This document shows, piece after piece, positions 47,304 to 59,767 of a DNA stretch of 64,000 nt. Location: NCBI GenBank assembly GCA_030704615.1, contig CM060731.1:82212001-82276000 (forward strand), read 5' to 3'. The position numbers and the translations under genes were made by a program. The notes beneath the pieces are model-generated. The model saw only the letters and a program-made list of their open reading frames with translations, ran no database searches and was not told where the DNA came from. Origin of the DNA: Takakia lepidozioides. Its lineage: Eukaryota; Plantae; Bryophyta. Positions within the stretch are counted from its first letter, which is position 1; the number at the start of each line of letters is the position of its first letter.

Positions 47304-50056
47304 ATGGAGGCCGCCCTAGCTTTGACGACCCGGTTGCGTGCGTCTCCTGCCACATTCAGCTGCCGCACTTCGTCGTCTGTTGATGCAGCGACTCCTGCGA
47401 GATCTCTGGCATTCTTTTGGTTGAATTCTGGGGTTGGGAAGGCGATTTCATTCTCGCATTGCGGCTCAAGGTCGGTTGTGAAGGGAGGTTGGAATCCTCG
47501 TGGGGTTGTTAGGTGTGCCGCAGTCGATGGAGTGGCCACGGAGGTTGCAGCTGTAGAGCCTTCGTCCCCGGAGGCCGAGACCATCGAAGTACCCATTGAA
47601 AAGAGTAAGTTGATTTTAGTGGTAATGTGGCGGGCATTTTTTTTCGGCTACGAAAAGAAGTAGCTGATGACTGCGTCATTTAACCGCGTCTGGAAAGGAC
47701 GGTGATTTTCCTTCCTTGTGCATTTATCCGTATCTGGATATGATGCACTGATGCAATGATGCTGTTCAGTCTCTCGTCATTTCCAGATGTAGTTCTCCAA
47801 GTCAAATGTGCAAGGTAGGCAAATCAATCGAGTGCAGAGGGAGCACGCAAAAACTATTTCTGCCTGCTGGGATATTGCAAGAAAAAAATGAGGGTGCATG
47901 CACACACAGCTAGCTACCCATCACCGCATGCAATTTAGAATAAGTGAGAGGACTCCCAAGTAAGAAATGGGAAGAATTTATTTTCCAATACACCTCTTCC
48001 GAGCACAAATAGTTTCTGCTTGGAAGAGGTGTATTGGAAGATAAACTCTTCCCATTTCTTATTTGGGAATCCTCTCACTTATCCTACATAGAATGTGGTG
48101 ATGGATTGCTCTCTCTCTCTGCATGCTCAGTCATCTTCTTCCTGCAATATCCAGCTATAGATTTCAGTTTCCTGTTTTAGGGAAGGTGCATCTCGGATCT
48201 GCAAGTTTATGAGAGAGAGAGAGTCTAATTTCCAAAGTCTCTCGAGGGAGTGACACTTATGTAGGGGTTGGGATGTTGCAGGATTTCCTGCATATCCCAC
48301 TGCACTGGATATCAACCAAATTCGCGCTATCCTGCCTCACAGGTGATTTCTCTTCATTGTTTTCAGTTGGGTCATGGATGGATTCTACCTGATATGACAC
48401 TTGGCCTGTAAACAACTAGGGCACCGTCTCTACCTGAATATATTGAGCTACCAAGGACAGGGAATTGCCTGGAAGGCCTTGTTCAAGGGGCTAGCTATCA
48501 CCATTGTTGAGGGGCATTGGAACTCCTTGAAAGACGCGCAGGAAGTGGAGATGATGGTTGGGGCTGTGCAGGGGTGGACGAAGTGAGGTAGGAAATGAGG
48601 CAAAGAACAAGGTGGGGCAGATAGACAAAGGCCAGGTAGGAGTGTGAGGAGCGGCTTGGTTCAGAACTTCCATCCCTAACAAAGGGAAGAGATGTGAGGT
48701 CGTGAGACTTGGGGCTCTGGTCTGTAGGATTGTCAGCAGACCACTTTGGCCATGAGCAGTGCCAGCATTGTGGATATACATGTTGGGCCAGCTTGTTGTC
48801 GTCTACCGATATGAGATGTATGAACATTTCCATGTGACATAGATGCCCTTGGTCTTGATGAAGGTCAATATTGCTCTTTTGGCAATTTCAGTTAGTGGCT
48901 GTTTGGATGTCTTTGAGGGCCACAACATATTTCAGGTAGGTATTAACATGGTTTTTCCTGGTGATCTTTGATGCAGATTCCCGTTTCTGTTGGTGGACAG
49001 AGTGATTGAGTACAATCCTGGCGTGTCAGCTGTTGCTATTAAGAATGTGACAATCAATGACAACTTCTTTCCTGGCCATTTCCCAGAGAGGCCTATTATG
49101 CCTGGTGTGCTTATGGTAGAGGTAAGAGGAATAATCCCATTCATGAGATTAGGCCAAACCTTTTTGTAACTTTCCATGGATACCTCATGGGGCTCTCATA
49201 TGCACCATCTATCATCAGACCAGAAGTTGATTCTAGTCAGGGTAGGGACAGACAGAAAGGTTGCCTTCTCTGTGTCATGAATCCAGTCCTTATTTTCTTG
49301 AAGAGCATTTCACTACTTTGGTTGATTCAGAATATATACAGAAACATGCATTTTCTATACAAAGAGAACTTTGGACCCCACAGATGATGAGACTGATGGG
49401 ACCACGACCCCTCCGCCCCCCTCTATATGTGTGTGTGTTTGTACGTGATAATTTTATATGTGGTCTTAACAGTATCTCGTAGTGGGCCTAGAGTGGACAT
49501 GTCGATCCTTCATTCTTGCGATTTTGAAAGCAAACTTGAGATCCTTTGAAGCATGGGATCAAAGGAGGCATTGTTAGAAGTAGAACCATCATATCCAAGC
49601 ACCAGCCAATGTTTTTCGAACTTTGAATTCAAGCCTAAATAGGGCCAGTGAGTTATTTTGAATCTATGGAAAGCGAAGTCTATTCTCTCTCTTTCTACAT
49701 CTCCCTCTCTTTTGCATGTGTGTGTGTGAAAACATGCAGTACTTCACGTGGTGCACATTCTAATAAAAAAACCCTATCCACCATGGATACAATGTATGCA
49801 GGCTATGGCACAGGTTGGAGGCATTGTGATGCTGCAGCCTGATGTGGGGGGCTCGAAGGAGAGCTTCTTCTTTGCAGGAGTGGACAAAGTGCGCTTCCGC
49901 AAGCCAGTCATTGCCGGAGACACACTTGTGATGCGTATGACTCTTGTGAAGTTGCAAAAACGATTTGGAATTGCAAAGATGGAAGGCACAGCCTATGTTG
50001 GTGGTGAGGTTGTGTGTGAGGGAGAGTTTTTGATGGCTCTTGGTAAGGAGGAGTAG
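47304..50056 (+). CDS. fabZ: Plastid 3-hydroxyacyl-ACP dehydratase; exons 47304-47604, 48282-48342, 48977-49121, 49802-50056
   Basis: Transit peptide followed by [52 protein letters not shown] and [15 protein letters not shown]. Confidence 0.96.
47896..48126. repeat. Long foldback inverted repeat in FabZ intron 1 (MITE-like or hairpin RNA)
   Basis: TAAGTGAGAGGACTCCCAAGTAAGAAATGGGAAGAATTTATTTTCCAATACACCTCTTCC pairs with GGAAGAGGTGTATTGGAAGATAAACTCTTCCCATTTCTTATTTGGGAATCCTCTCACTTA across a short loop. Confidence 0.85.
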
Positions 50057-51439
50057 AGTGGATGTCCTCTTTGGTTTGTTCCACAATATTTTTAAGAGGA
50101 TATATCTTGAAGATTCTGCGGCGTTTGAACATGTTATAGTAGTTTGTTCATGTTTCTGTAGAACACAACCATGCTAGCTGGGAACCTGTGGCCAACTACC
50201 ATCAGGCATTGTGTAGAAGTTTATAATTTGAAGACCAGAGTTATTCTAATCCACAAATCTTTCATGGGTATCTGGTTTCCGGTCAGTAAACTGAACAAAA
50301 TGTTCCAACCCTCTGTGGTCTAATTTTGATTTATCTGAACGTCACCCTCCTTGGTGTGGTTGAAGAGTGTTGTTTTAACTCAAACTGAAGAGTGTTAACT
50401 GAAGAGTGTTAACTGAAGAGTGTTGTTTTAGCTCAAACTGTCTTTGGACTTGACTTTGAAGGAACTCCCATGGTTTTGAATGGTATGACACAGTTGAGGA
50501 TATAACTACTGAAATCAAGGGACAATGGATCTGATTGGGGAGCTAGTAGAATGGCATCTTCAAAAAGTACTTCCTTTGTGCTCCCACCCGTAAGACTGCC
50601 TGCTTTAACGTGAAATGAAAGGACATGCGACACCCAGCAACTGGTCCTCATAATGGAAGAGAGAGAAAGAGAAGAAAGGAAGGAAAGGGAATTCCTAGTA
50701 ACTTAGCAAGGGCCAAATTGAGGGATGTAGAGAGAGCGTTCTCTCCATGAATCTCTGTGGAAGTGGCCCACACGTTCGCCCCTTGAAACGTCAGCGCTGT
50801 CTGAATACTGACAATTATCTCTTCTATGGAAGGGAGGATACATGCAGGCCCTGCTCTTTTAAAAAGGACCACGCAACCTAGTTGAAGCCGGAGCATTGGA
50901 TGGACACGATCCTTCTCGAGTAGAGAAAATGGCGAAACCTCGGCGGATATGCATACTGCAATGCTTTTCATACCACAGCTGCTGTGGCGCTGCTTAGTCG
51001 TTCCAATCCCATGCTCTGTGCACTGTACCTACATTCAACCATGACTTTCGCAAGTGGAGTTTCTGATTCTAGAGTCTTTGCCGCAGTTTTAAAACACCTT
51101 CAAATGCAGCTTCCACAGTGCAGGGTGCATACTGAATGGAAACTCTTAAGATTCAGATGCAGGTGTGCTAGCACGTGCTCTAGGTGAAGCTTCACTTCTT
51201 TCACATGATCCAGTTGTGGCTGTAAAAGACACAAATACTCCAGAAGATGCCCACTCCAGGAGGGTTCGATTGTAGAAGGAGTCAATCCAATGGCGACAAC
51301 AGTACCTCCAACTGTGCATCAATTGATTCCAGACCTTTAATAATCGGATGTCCAATGTTTAACTAATTCACAGCTAACAACTATCGAGACAAGAATTGGT
51401 AGGTAGCCGAATATGCTCGGTTGCCTGCTAGATTCGGAC

Positions 51440-53218
51440 CTAAACCTGAGCATCTGGGTTTGGACAGAAGTGAATGCCAGAAACCAGATTAACTTTCATC
51501 ATTTGCCGGTAAGGAAACTTGGAGCAGGCAATTGAAGAAGAAGCAGCAAGATTCTCTATCCCTCGATAAGGGCAGGTGGGCAGCATCAATTCTTCTGAGA
51601 AATCTTCAACCAACACCTTGAATGACCTATCATTTAAGAGTAATCCGAGCTCATTCTTGACTGAGATGCATTGAAAGGCTGGAAACTTGAATCCCCACTT
51701 TGCAAAAAATGCTTCAAAAAGCATTGATTCCTCAATTTTCTGCTCCCTGGAAGGATTCAGCCTACATATCGACATGCCTTTGGTGCCCCTTGTATCATCT
51801 TCCCGGAGCACCATGAATACAGTGCCATTGCACTCCACCACCTGTGCCTCAAGTCTGCTTCCTGGACATCTTGGTTCACATCTGTACAGAATCTTCTCCC
51901 GCCAAGCCCCTTCAAAGAGGTCGTAGACCACGAGCCCCACTATACCAGTCTCGCAACGACCTTTGACTTCGTTGGCCACGAAGTAGAAGAAGTTATCACA
52001 GCAGGCTCCGATTTGAGGATGAAAACTCAAATTATACCTCCTCTGAAGTGCCAGAAGGCCACAATCGATCATCCAAGTATGTGACTCGGAGTTATAAACC
52101 GCCATACGAGCATAAATGTTGTGCTGCCGAAAAACAACCATGATTTTGTAGACACTGGTAAACCTGTCAACTACCATATGGGTTAAAATCCAGGTATGCT
52201 TCGTCATTGAGTTGCAGGGTGGCATGGGGGGAAGCTCCCTGCATTTCTGGGTGACCGGATTGTACACAAAGAGGCTGACACGCCCTTGCTCGTCGACATC
52301 GCGGAAACACAACAGCCCTCCATCCCCTGCCTCAAGGTTCCACAAACAAAAGAGAGGGAGAAAGTTAGAGAAAGAGACCGATTCCACCAAAAAAATCAAA
52401 CTAGGTTCACTTGCAGGGATCAGTCCAGGTGCCCAGGAACAAATCGGTACTCTCAAATTTCGTAAAACAAAATCTACAATTCTTCTATCGGGGATTCCTG
52501 ACCTACAAACAACAGCTGCGATAAATCGATCACCACTCGCACAGGTTCTTCACGATTTCCTCAATCGCTGAAGTACCAGATAGCGGCATGCACCAGGACA
52601 CCTCAATAGAGAAGAAAGCTCAATCACTGCCGAAATAAATCTAGGATAAGATTGCAGCGCCCATGCAGATAGCCACACCCCTCTCCCCTCAATTTGCTGA
52701 ATATTTTGCAGAAATCTCTCTCAAGACAGTTGAGTGGGATAGACTCTCTGGAATCACTCAATTTGAGAGTGTAGCTCAGCCTAATTCTTACACCAATTGA
52801 ATGATTGTCGGCTCAACTGAGATTTTTGGGAATGGGATGAATCTGGAATTCACAAACCTGCCACAACGTCTTTTGCTTGAGAAGGAAGACCAGGCATCGG
52901 GGGCATACAACGCCACCGATTCGACCCTGCATCGTATGCCGTGCATATCCTTTGCCCCTGAATTGAGACAAAGACAAGAAAATACGGTGCTTCCGAAGAC
53001 AGATCTGCCCAAGAATGCAGATCCGCACGGGCCTCTTGAAATTTTTGTGAGAAGATGAAGCTCGTCATCCCTTTACAAACAGCGCGTGCTCGAAAGAGGC
53101 TAGCGAATGGTAGGAACGACACGACTTTCTCAACCAGCTCCTCAGGCAGAGTACCCCACAATTCGGGATCCATGGTGCTACCTGATGCCGCCAATCTGTC
53201 TCTCCTCTTCCTTTCCAT
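51440..53218 (-). CDS. F-box protein with kelch/FBA-like propeller; exons 53218-52858, 52326-51440
   Basis: MDPELWGTLPEELVEKVVSFLP..LFRARAVCK F-box, followed by AGDGGLLCF..VYNPVTQKCRELPPM and VYNSES..W. Confidence 0.88.
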
Positions 53219-53284
53219 GATTGTATAAATATGACTACTCAGCTTCAAATCAATTGCGGATTTCGCAGGCCATCAACAACGAGC

Positions 53285-53650
53285 TCTAATTACGACAAGA
53301 GCAGGACCTGCGGAGCACCCGAGCCTGAGGACGAAAAGAAGAAACGAAGACTACACACTAACATCCCCGGAAGACGTAGACTCGGGAACACTAGTAGAAC
53401 CACACACTGTAATTACGGAGCCCCGAGCCTGATGACGGAGACGAGCAAAGGAAGGATCGCAAATTACACACTAACAACATCCCCGGAGAGCAGTAAGCTC
53501 TGTGGATCCCAACGCGCCACGGTAACAGTAGTAGAACTGAAGCTATAATTACGACAAAACATGACCCGATACTGACGAGGACTGTCGTCCCAAGCAGTAA
53601 GCTTTATGGACCCTCAACTCTTAACGCGCCTCGGGAAGACAGTGGACAGA
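53285..53650. repeat. Degenerate ~130-bp tandem repeat upstream of the F-box gene
   Basis: TAATTACG, CCCGAGCCTGA, ACACACTAACA(AC)ATCCCCGG, AGTAGAAC and GCAGTAAGCT blocks recur 2-3 times. Confidence 0.6.
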
Positions 53651-54227
53651 GTTTCACTCGATAGTATGAGACCTTCCGACACACAAAAGGAGGAATGGCT
53701 CTCAAGTTATTCCAAAGTACCTACATATGAAAATGAAAATGGCAGTGCATTGAAGAAGTCTTCGTCCCAGACAGCCCACCCAAACAATCAAAGCCCAGCC
53801 CTGACCTGCCGACCACTCTTTATCTCTTCTCTTCCACTATCTCCCTCAATAGTCCCAGTAACACAGAATTACTGTGTGGTCATGCTTTTCCTCCATCCCC
53901 CTGCCAACTTGACGTACACCTCAAGGCGCACTGCTGGCGGCGACGCCGTCCCACCGTCACACCGCCGCTCTCTCTCGCATCCATCGCACGCATCCCACCA
54001 ACGTTGTCACCAGCATGACGGAGGTCAATTCCATACCCGGAAATGCCGTCTACACACGTAGTCATCCCCATGTTCTGTACTGCAACGGTCGCCTCGGGCT
54101 AAAATATTTGTTTCTTTGGACTTTCTTGCATTTAACGACCAATTATATATTTAGAAAAGTTTAATTATAATTATAAATGAGGAAGCAAGTTCTGACAGTA
54201 ACACCGATGGTTGTTTCTAGAGTTGGT

Positions 54228-54723
54228 CTGGTATATAGGTGAAGGACTGGTATAAAATACTGGTATATGCACTGGTATTAGATACCAGACCAGTCTGGTA
54301 TCATTTGGGAGAATATTGGGTCATATACCAGACCAGGCTGGTATCAATTTTTTCATACCAGCCTCAATACCAGTACTTCCCCGCCGTCTTCCTCATTTAC
54401 TCTGGTATGTATATTATATTAATTTATGTGTATATATGCCTACATACTTGTACTTATGTCTATTCATTTCTTTATTTATATTGTATTTGTTTTCACTTGA
54501 TACTTGCTAGTGATAAACTTGTAATTCAAGATGGCTTTGGAATGATACCAGAATTGATATCTCGTACCAGCTGATATTGTGGTCATGATACTCATACTCA
54601 TACCAGTATGTAGAGAATTATACATCCACCATTATATAGACCAGACTTGTATAAATTTTTTGTGATACGTCTGGTACCGGGACCAGTCTGGTATGTCCTA
54701 ACACTGATACCAGAACAACACTG
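54228..54723. mobile_element. Non-autonomous DNA element with TACCAG/CTGGTA subterminal repeats (hAT-like)
   Basis: Dense CTGGTA/TACCAG motifs ending in AACACTG. A similar stretch occurs at ~705-765. Confidence 0.4.
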
Positions 54724-55264
54724 GTTGTTTCGGAGGGGACTTCCCTAGGCTGTCCTCGGGATGAACTATGGATGGATGTGGACAGCCGCCTCAGGGAGAG
54801 CGTCCACATGGATGCTGCCCATTGCGTCCCACAGATAAAGACGTTCATCCAAAACCCGCCGGCTGCGGTGGAAGCATCCCGCCTCGGACTCATCCTTTCG
54901 TCAAATGAGCGACAGGTGGCATCTTCCCGGGATTCTTCATTTTACACATTTTACGTTTGTTTGACGGGCCGGGGTTGACAATGGGTGGCCCGGCCCGACA
55001 CGGCCCGGCCCGCCCGCCAGGGTCTGCTGTCTGCTGCTTAGGTTGTTCCACCTCGAGTTCTTCGCAATTGCTGGCTCAGGACCGATGCAAAGGACAGTGG
55101 ACCTTGTCCTCAGAAGTCACACCGATGTAGGAAGCATCGAGGGATGCTCGCACACCAACAAGGGAGGGATTTTGGTTTTGATTCGGTCGTCGATTTCTGC
55201 AGGGAGCGAGAGAGAGAGAGAGAGATAGGGAGAGGGAGGTGCAGGCGGTGATTAGGGAGGAACC

Positions 55265-56648
55265 ATGCCTGCGGAAAGCAGCAGTAGCGTGCCGGTTGCC
55301 ATGAGTGCTTGGCGAGCACGTGCTTCTCAGTTCTTCTTCCTCGTCATACTTTTTTCCTTCCCCCTTTTCAGGTACCTGTTGTATCTCACGGTCACAGCAT
55401 TAACTTGCTTGTATGGACTCAGATCATCAACTCATCATGTGGTGACTGCACAAGGATGAGGGTGGGGAATAGGTGCACACAATATGGGGTTGAAAAACTG
55501 TGTAGGATCCATGCTAGGCCTTCGGTCATGTTTTTCTCCCCCTCTTTTAAGGGGGGGAAAGTGGTGCCCATATCCGACTTCTCGGGTGCTCAGAATTAGT
55601 GGGGATCGAGTTGAAGCATACTCTGTTGGGATTTTTGACTCTGGCATGTTCGTTCGAGATGTGAGCACGAGATAGGTTTGGGGTCTGCTCGTGTTCGTTA
55701 GTGTGTGTATGGTATGTAATCATCCAGCTCCCTGCGAAGGGTGACTGGCTATGCCGTACCCGGTGATGTTGTCCCTTCAGGATGCTAATCATCCGGGAAC
55801 CTGTTGTTGGGTTTCAGCCCTTCCGAATGTGACTCAACCTAAACTTGCGCTAGTGCTCGTGCACAGCCCATGCCAATCTCTTTACAGGGGATCGAGTATA
55901 CCTTAAAGTATGATGTTCACTAGGTATAGCCCTGTAGCTGGAAATAGATGTGAGAATAGTTACGTTGTACTGCTGGCCACACTGTCAAGGTATAAGGTGG
56001 ACACAGAGAGACTCTCTCTTCGCAGTGACGGCCCCCATATTGCGACCATGAGCCCACTATGTTTCCCGGTGCACCAGGTTGAGAGAGAGACTGCCGACAG
56101 ATTCAGAGGGTATTTTGCACTGAAGACGATATTTTTTTTGGTGTGGTGGCAGTGTTCCTTGTGCGAATGGGACTTGCTCAAGTCCCTCAGAGGTGGTCGC
56201 CATCTATTTGTATACCAGCAATGTCATCAGTGAGGATGTTGCCAAAGGCTTGTTGTATCCTGGGGCTCTCTTATCCAAAGCCGAATCAATTGTAACAGAT
56301 AATCAACCGCCCAGCAGGCCAACATACGATGATCTCCTGACAAAATTCAATTTTAGCAAGAAAAACCAGCAATTTCCCCCACCTATTAACCTAGGATTTG
56401 TGTTGGGGTGTTTGATGTGTTTAGTTGGCGCAGCCCTCTCCATGTTCGGGCCCTCGGTATTTGGTCTTTGTGGCATGTTGATTGTTTTGTTCTACATATA
56501 TAGAGAGGGAGCGACCAACAAAGAAGTGTTTGCCTTGCCCATGTTTGGGCTTGCAATTTTTTGCTCTTTTGGTTGGTTCAGCTTTGATGCTTTGTTTGCA
56601 AAGATCTCACAGCAGCCACGTGGTGTGGGTAGCAAGAAGCAGCAGTAA
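55265..56648 (+). CDS. Conserved plant membrane protein of unknown function; exons 55265-55371, 56153-56648
   Basis: The spliced product reads FPLFSVPCANGTCSSPSEV..VAKGLLYPGA followed by several hydrophobic helices. The intron is GT-AG. Confidence 0.75.
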
Positions 56649-58070
56649 AAGTTTCAGATTGCTGAATGCAAGTGATGTTTAAAATTGTTGACAGTTGCCC
56701 AATTATCTTTGACTCTGGGTGTATCTACTGCAAAGTAACCTTAGAAACCAGACAAATGTAGGTTATACAGCTGATGCCTATTTGGATAAAGGAGCAGTGT
56801 GCATGATGTTATGGAGAGGATTGCACCCTGTAACTAATTAAACTAGCTGCTGGTGCCCAAAGCCTGTTGGATCCGCTGGAGAGGTGAGGCGAGGTGTCAA
56901 AATCCGGTTTCTGGGATTCGCTTCTGTATGAGCTGTGTATAGGCAGAACTAGCAGTCGCCGAGTATGTTCATCGGTACAATAGATCAAATCTCGGCATTG
57001 ACAGTTTAGAGCTCTGGATTAGTTACACTCTCATTTATACACTGTCAACCTGAAAGCACTTTTCAGGACTCTATTGGGATGGGACATCAAATTCATGAAG
57101 TTAAGTATGAATTGATGCACAGTTGGAGGTACCTATGATTGCCCTTTTGGATTGACTGTTGCAACTTTTTCCTCTAGGATTGAGACCTAGTTGGGTGACA
57201 TCTGAGGAAATTGCAGTCTCTTACAGCCAACAGTGTCTGGATCTTGTAATAAAAATGAGCTTTACTAGGTGTGAGACAATCTGAGTCTGAAGTGCTGGTA
57301 TCAAATCATAGTAATCTGTATCATCACATGATGATGAAATTGCAGTAATCTGTAACACTTGAGTCTGCCAGCTGGGGGGGACTCAGAGATAGAGCGGAGG
57401 GTTCTGGGGGCACTGGTTGCTAGCATACCTTAGATCTGAACTTGTCTCCATCTAGTGAGCACATGGTCCAGCTGCAATTGCCTTGTGAAGGTGCTTCAGT
57501 GTCCTGCAAGACTCTAGCATCAGAAACTCCACATACAGGTGCCCACTGAAGAGTTGAGTGTAGGTAGTATGGGCAAACCTCACATAGAGCAGGTGTGGTG
57601 TGCAAAGAGTTCACCTGGGGGCAAGACTTTTTCATGGGCAGAGAGAAAGGTCCTAAGGCAGGTTTCATCACTTTAGAGTGACCAAATAATGTGTGGTTGA
57701 AACTTAAAACATCGGTTCAATGTCTGCCATGGTTGTTTAGAACAATTGTGTGGGGGAGGATTGATCCAGGAATATTGGGAGCCTATTAATCCCAACACCG
57801 CATCAGCACAAGCAACTGGATTCTCCCATCTGCCTTTTATTTCTCAAACCTGATGTTACCAAGCAGCACAATCTCTCTGAAAGCTTGCTTTGCACACATA
57901 CCCTTCCGCCAGGGCTGAGCGGATGGGCAAAGAGGGATGGGGCGTGGCACCGGAGCACAGGCCAAGGTCATGGGGGGTTAAATCTTTTTCATACCCGGTG
58001 TTACATGTTTTCAAATATATAGTGGATTGGTGCATTTATAGGGTGCAACTGCGCCAATAGCTAGTCTATC

Positions 58071-58241
58071 TATAATATATGACGCCTCCCCAAGGAAGCG
58101 TGAGTATGGTGTCCCTTCAGAGAAGGGCTACTGCTTTTTGGTAAGAAGGTTGACCCTTTATGACACAAATTGGTGGATTGAATCCACAACCACTCCCCAA
58201 GTGATATGTGCCCATTACCACCGGGCTACAACTTGGTTGTC
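58071..58241 (-). mobile_element. tRNA-derived SINE, copy 3
   Basis: On the minus strand: TAGCCCGGTGG A-box-like and GGATTCAATCC B-box-like. Aligns with 12-186. Confidence 0.7.
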
Positions 58242-58825
58242 AATCTATTTATACATTAAATACACTCCAAATAGTCACTTGCAAACCAAAACATATCAAA
58301 TACTTAGATAATCATTTTAATATTAAACTGTTACTCATGGTTATTATTCGATCTTCAAGTTTTGTATACAATCACAGCACCTTGAATTGACCTTGATCTG
58401 CACATCCCCGTACATATTTGGCTGATAAATATTTCAAAAAAAATTGTATGCATCACACACAACTTATGAAACAATTTTACTTTTGGTTGTAAAAATTTGC
58501 AGCAGCCAAGGTTAACCATCTGGTTCAATTTTATTGAAAATAGGTGTGAGTTCCATTAATTGCACCCACAATGTTAGATAATCATGCCATATACTTTAAT
58601 AATATGCTTGTGTATGTAGATTGACGCACTAACATTAAATCGATCTGGGTTTGACTTATGTGACAGAGAGAAGGTAAAGATGGGGCGGCCATGGTAGCCT
58701 AACGAACCTAGCCTTCCTTCGTGGTTGTACTGCTTCAATGTGCTGAGCAGCTGCTTGTCGATACTGTCCTCTGACACATCACGTCTTCTGTTGTTTACAC
58801 CACCCCTTCCTCCACAAGTGTGTAA

Positions 58826-59265
58826 GGGCCAACTTCCATGTATCGGCCGTCGGCCAAGTTGGCACTAGATGACAAAAATGACGAATTGCTTCCATGCCTT
58901 AATTTTCGCCGGCACCCAGATATCAATGAGCGCAATACCTGGGAAATTGGTGCCAAAGTTCATGGCCGAATCGGTTCACCTGTTGTACTGGGTTACCATG
59001 TTTCTTCTACCTGCTGTGAAGGTCACCTTTGTGCACATTGCTCATTATTGCTCGTCTCTCTTGACTCAGATATCGCTCCCGCGGGACTCACCCTTTGCCA
59101 AGTGATCGGCTCAATTGGTCAGGGCCTTGGGCAGCGAGGCAGACCTACTGCCCCAAACCTATGCACATAAAAGCAACCATCCATGCCACCAGTCGGCCAT
59201 GCTCCACCGATGTCGGCAAATTTTGGATAACTTGGCCGATTTGGCAGGGACATGGAAGTTGGCCC
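58826..59265. mobile_element. Tourist/PIF-Harbinger-type MITE
   Basis: TIRs GGGCCAACTTCCATG...CATGGAAGTTGGCCC, flanked by TAA target-site duplication (58823-58825 and 59266-59268). Confidence 0.85.
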
Positions 59266-59627
59266 TAATCTCAGATGGTTTTGGGGCGGTCCAGGTCAAG
59301 GACGAACTCGAACAGTCAATCTACGGGCATCGATAAGTCCATCAGCTGAGCCTTATAATGCATGCAGGTTTTGTCTCTTGCGTTGTCCTGCGGCCAATCT
59401 TTCTTGCTCACTTCCACCACCAGTCTCTCCATTCCCCCTTGTTTTCTCCAAGCCTCAGTTCACCTGACAGCCCTTCCCCTCCCTCACTCGCCCTGGTCCA
59501 TCTGAAGGGATTGGATTGGATTTGAAGGAGCGTATGTTGGATAGCAAACCTCCCATGCATCTCGAGATAGATCAAGGGAAGGGGGAAGGGAACAGAGTTG
59601 TGACCGCCAGTGAGCATACTCGAGGGC

Positions 59628-59636
59628 TATAAAAAG
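59628..59636 (+). promoter_or_regulatory. Candidate TATA box of STR2
   Basis: CTATAAAAA lies ~140 bp upstream of the ATG. Confidence 0.4.
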
Positions 59637-59767
59637 CTGGTTTAGAGGAAGTGGGAGTTCTGAGCATGTGACCAGTGCAAGAAGGCGCTTCTAGATGCAC
59701 CAACAGCTCAGAGAGAAGAGCCTCATAGCAACTTGACTAATTGCGTTTAGTTAAATAGGAATTAAAC

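Noticed and set aside
59270-59767. AW-box / CTTC (MYCS) elements in the STR2 promoter
   Set aside because: Only near-matches were found by eye (for example CnTnG with 8-nt spacing to CG), so none is claimed.
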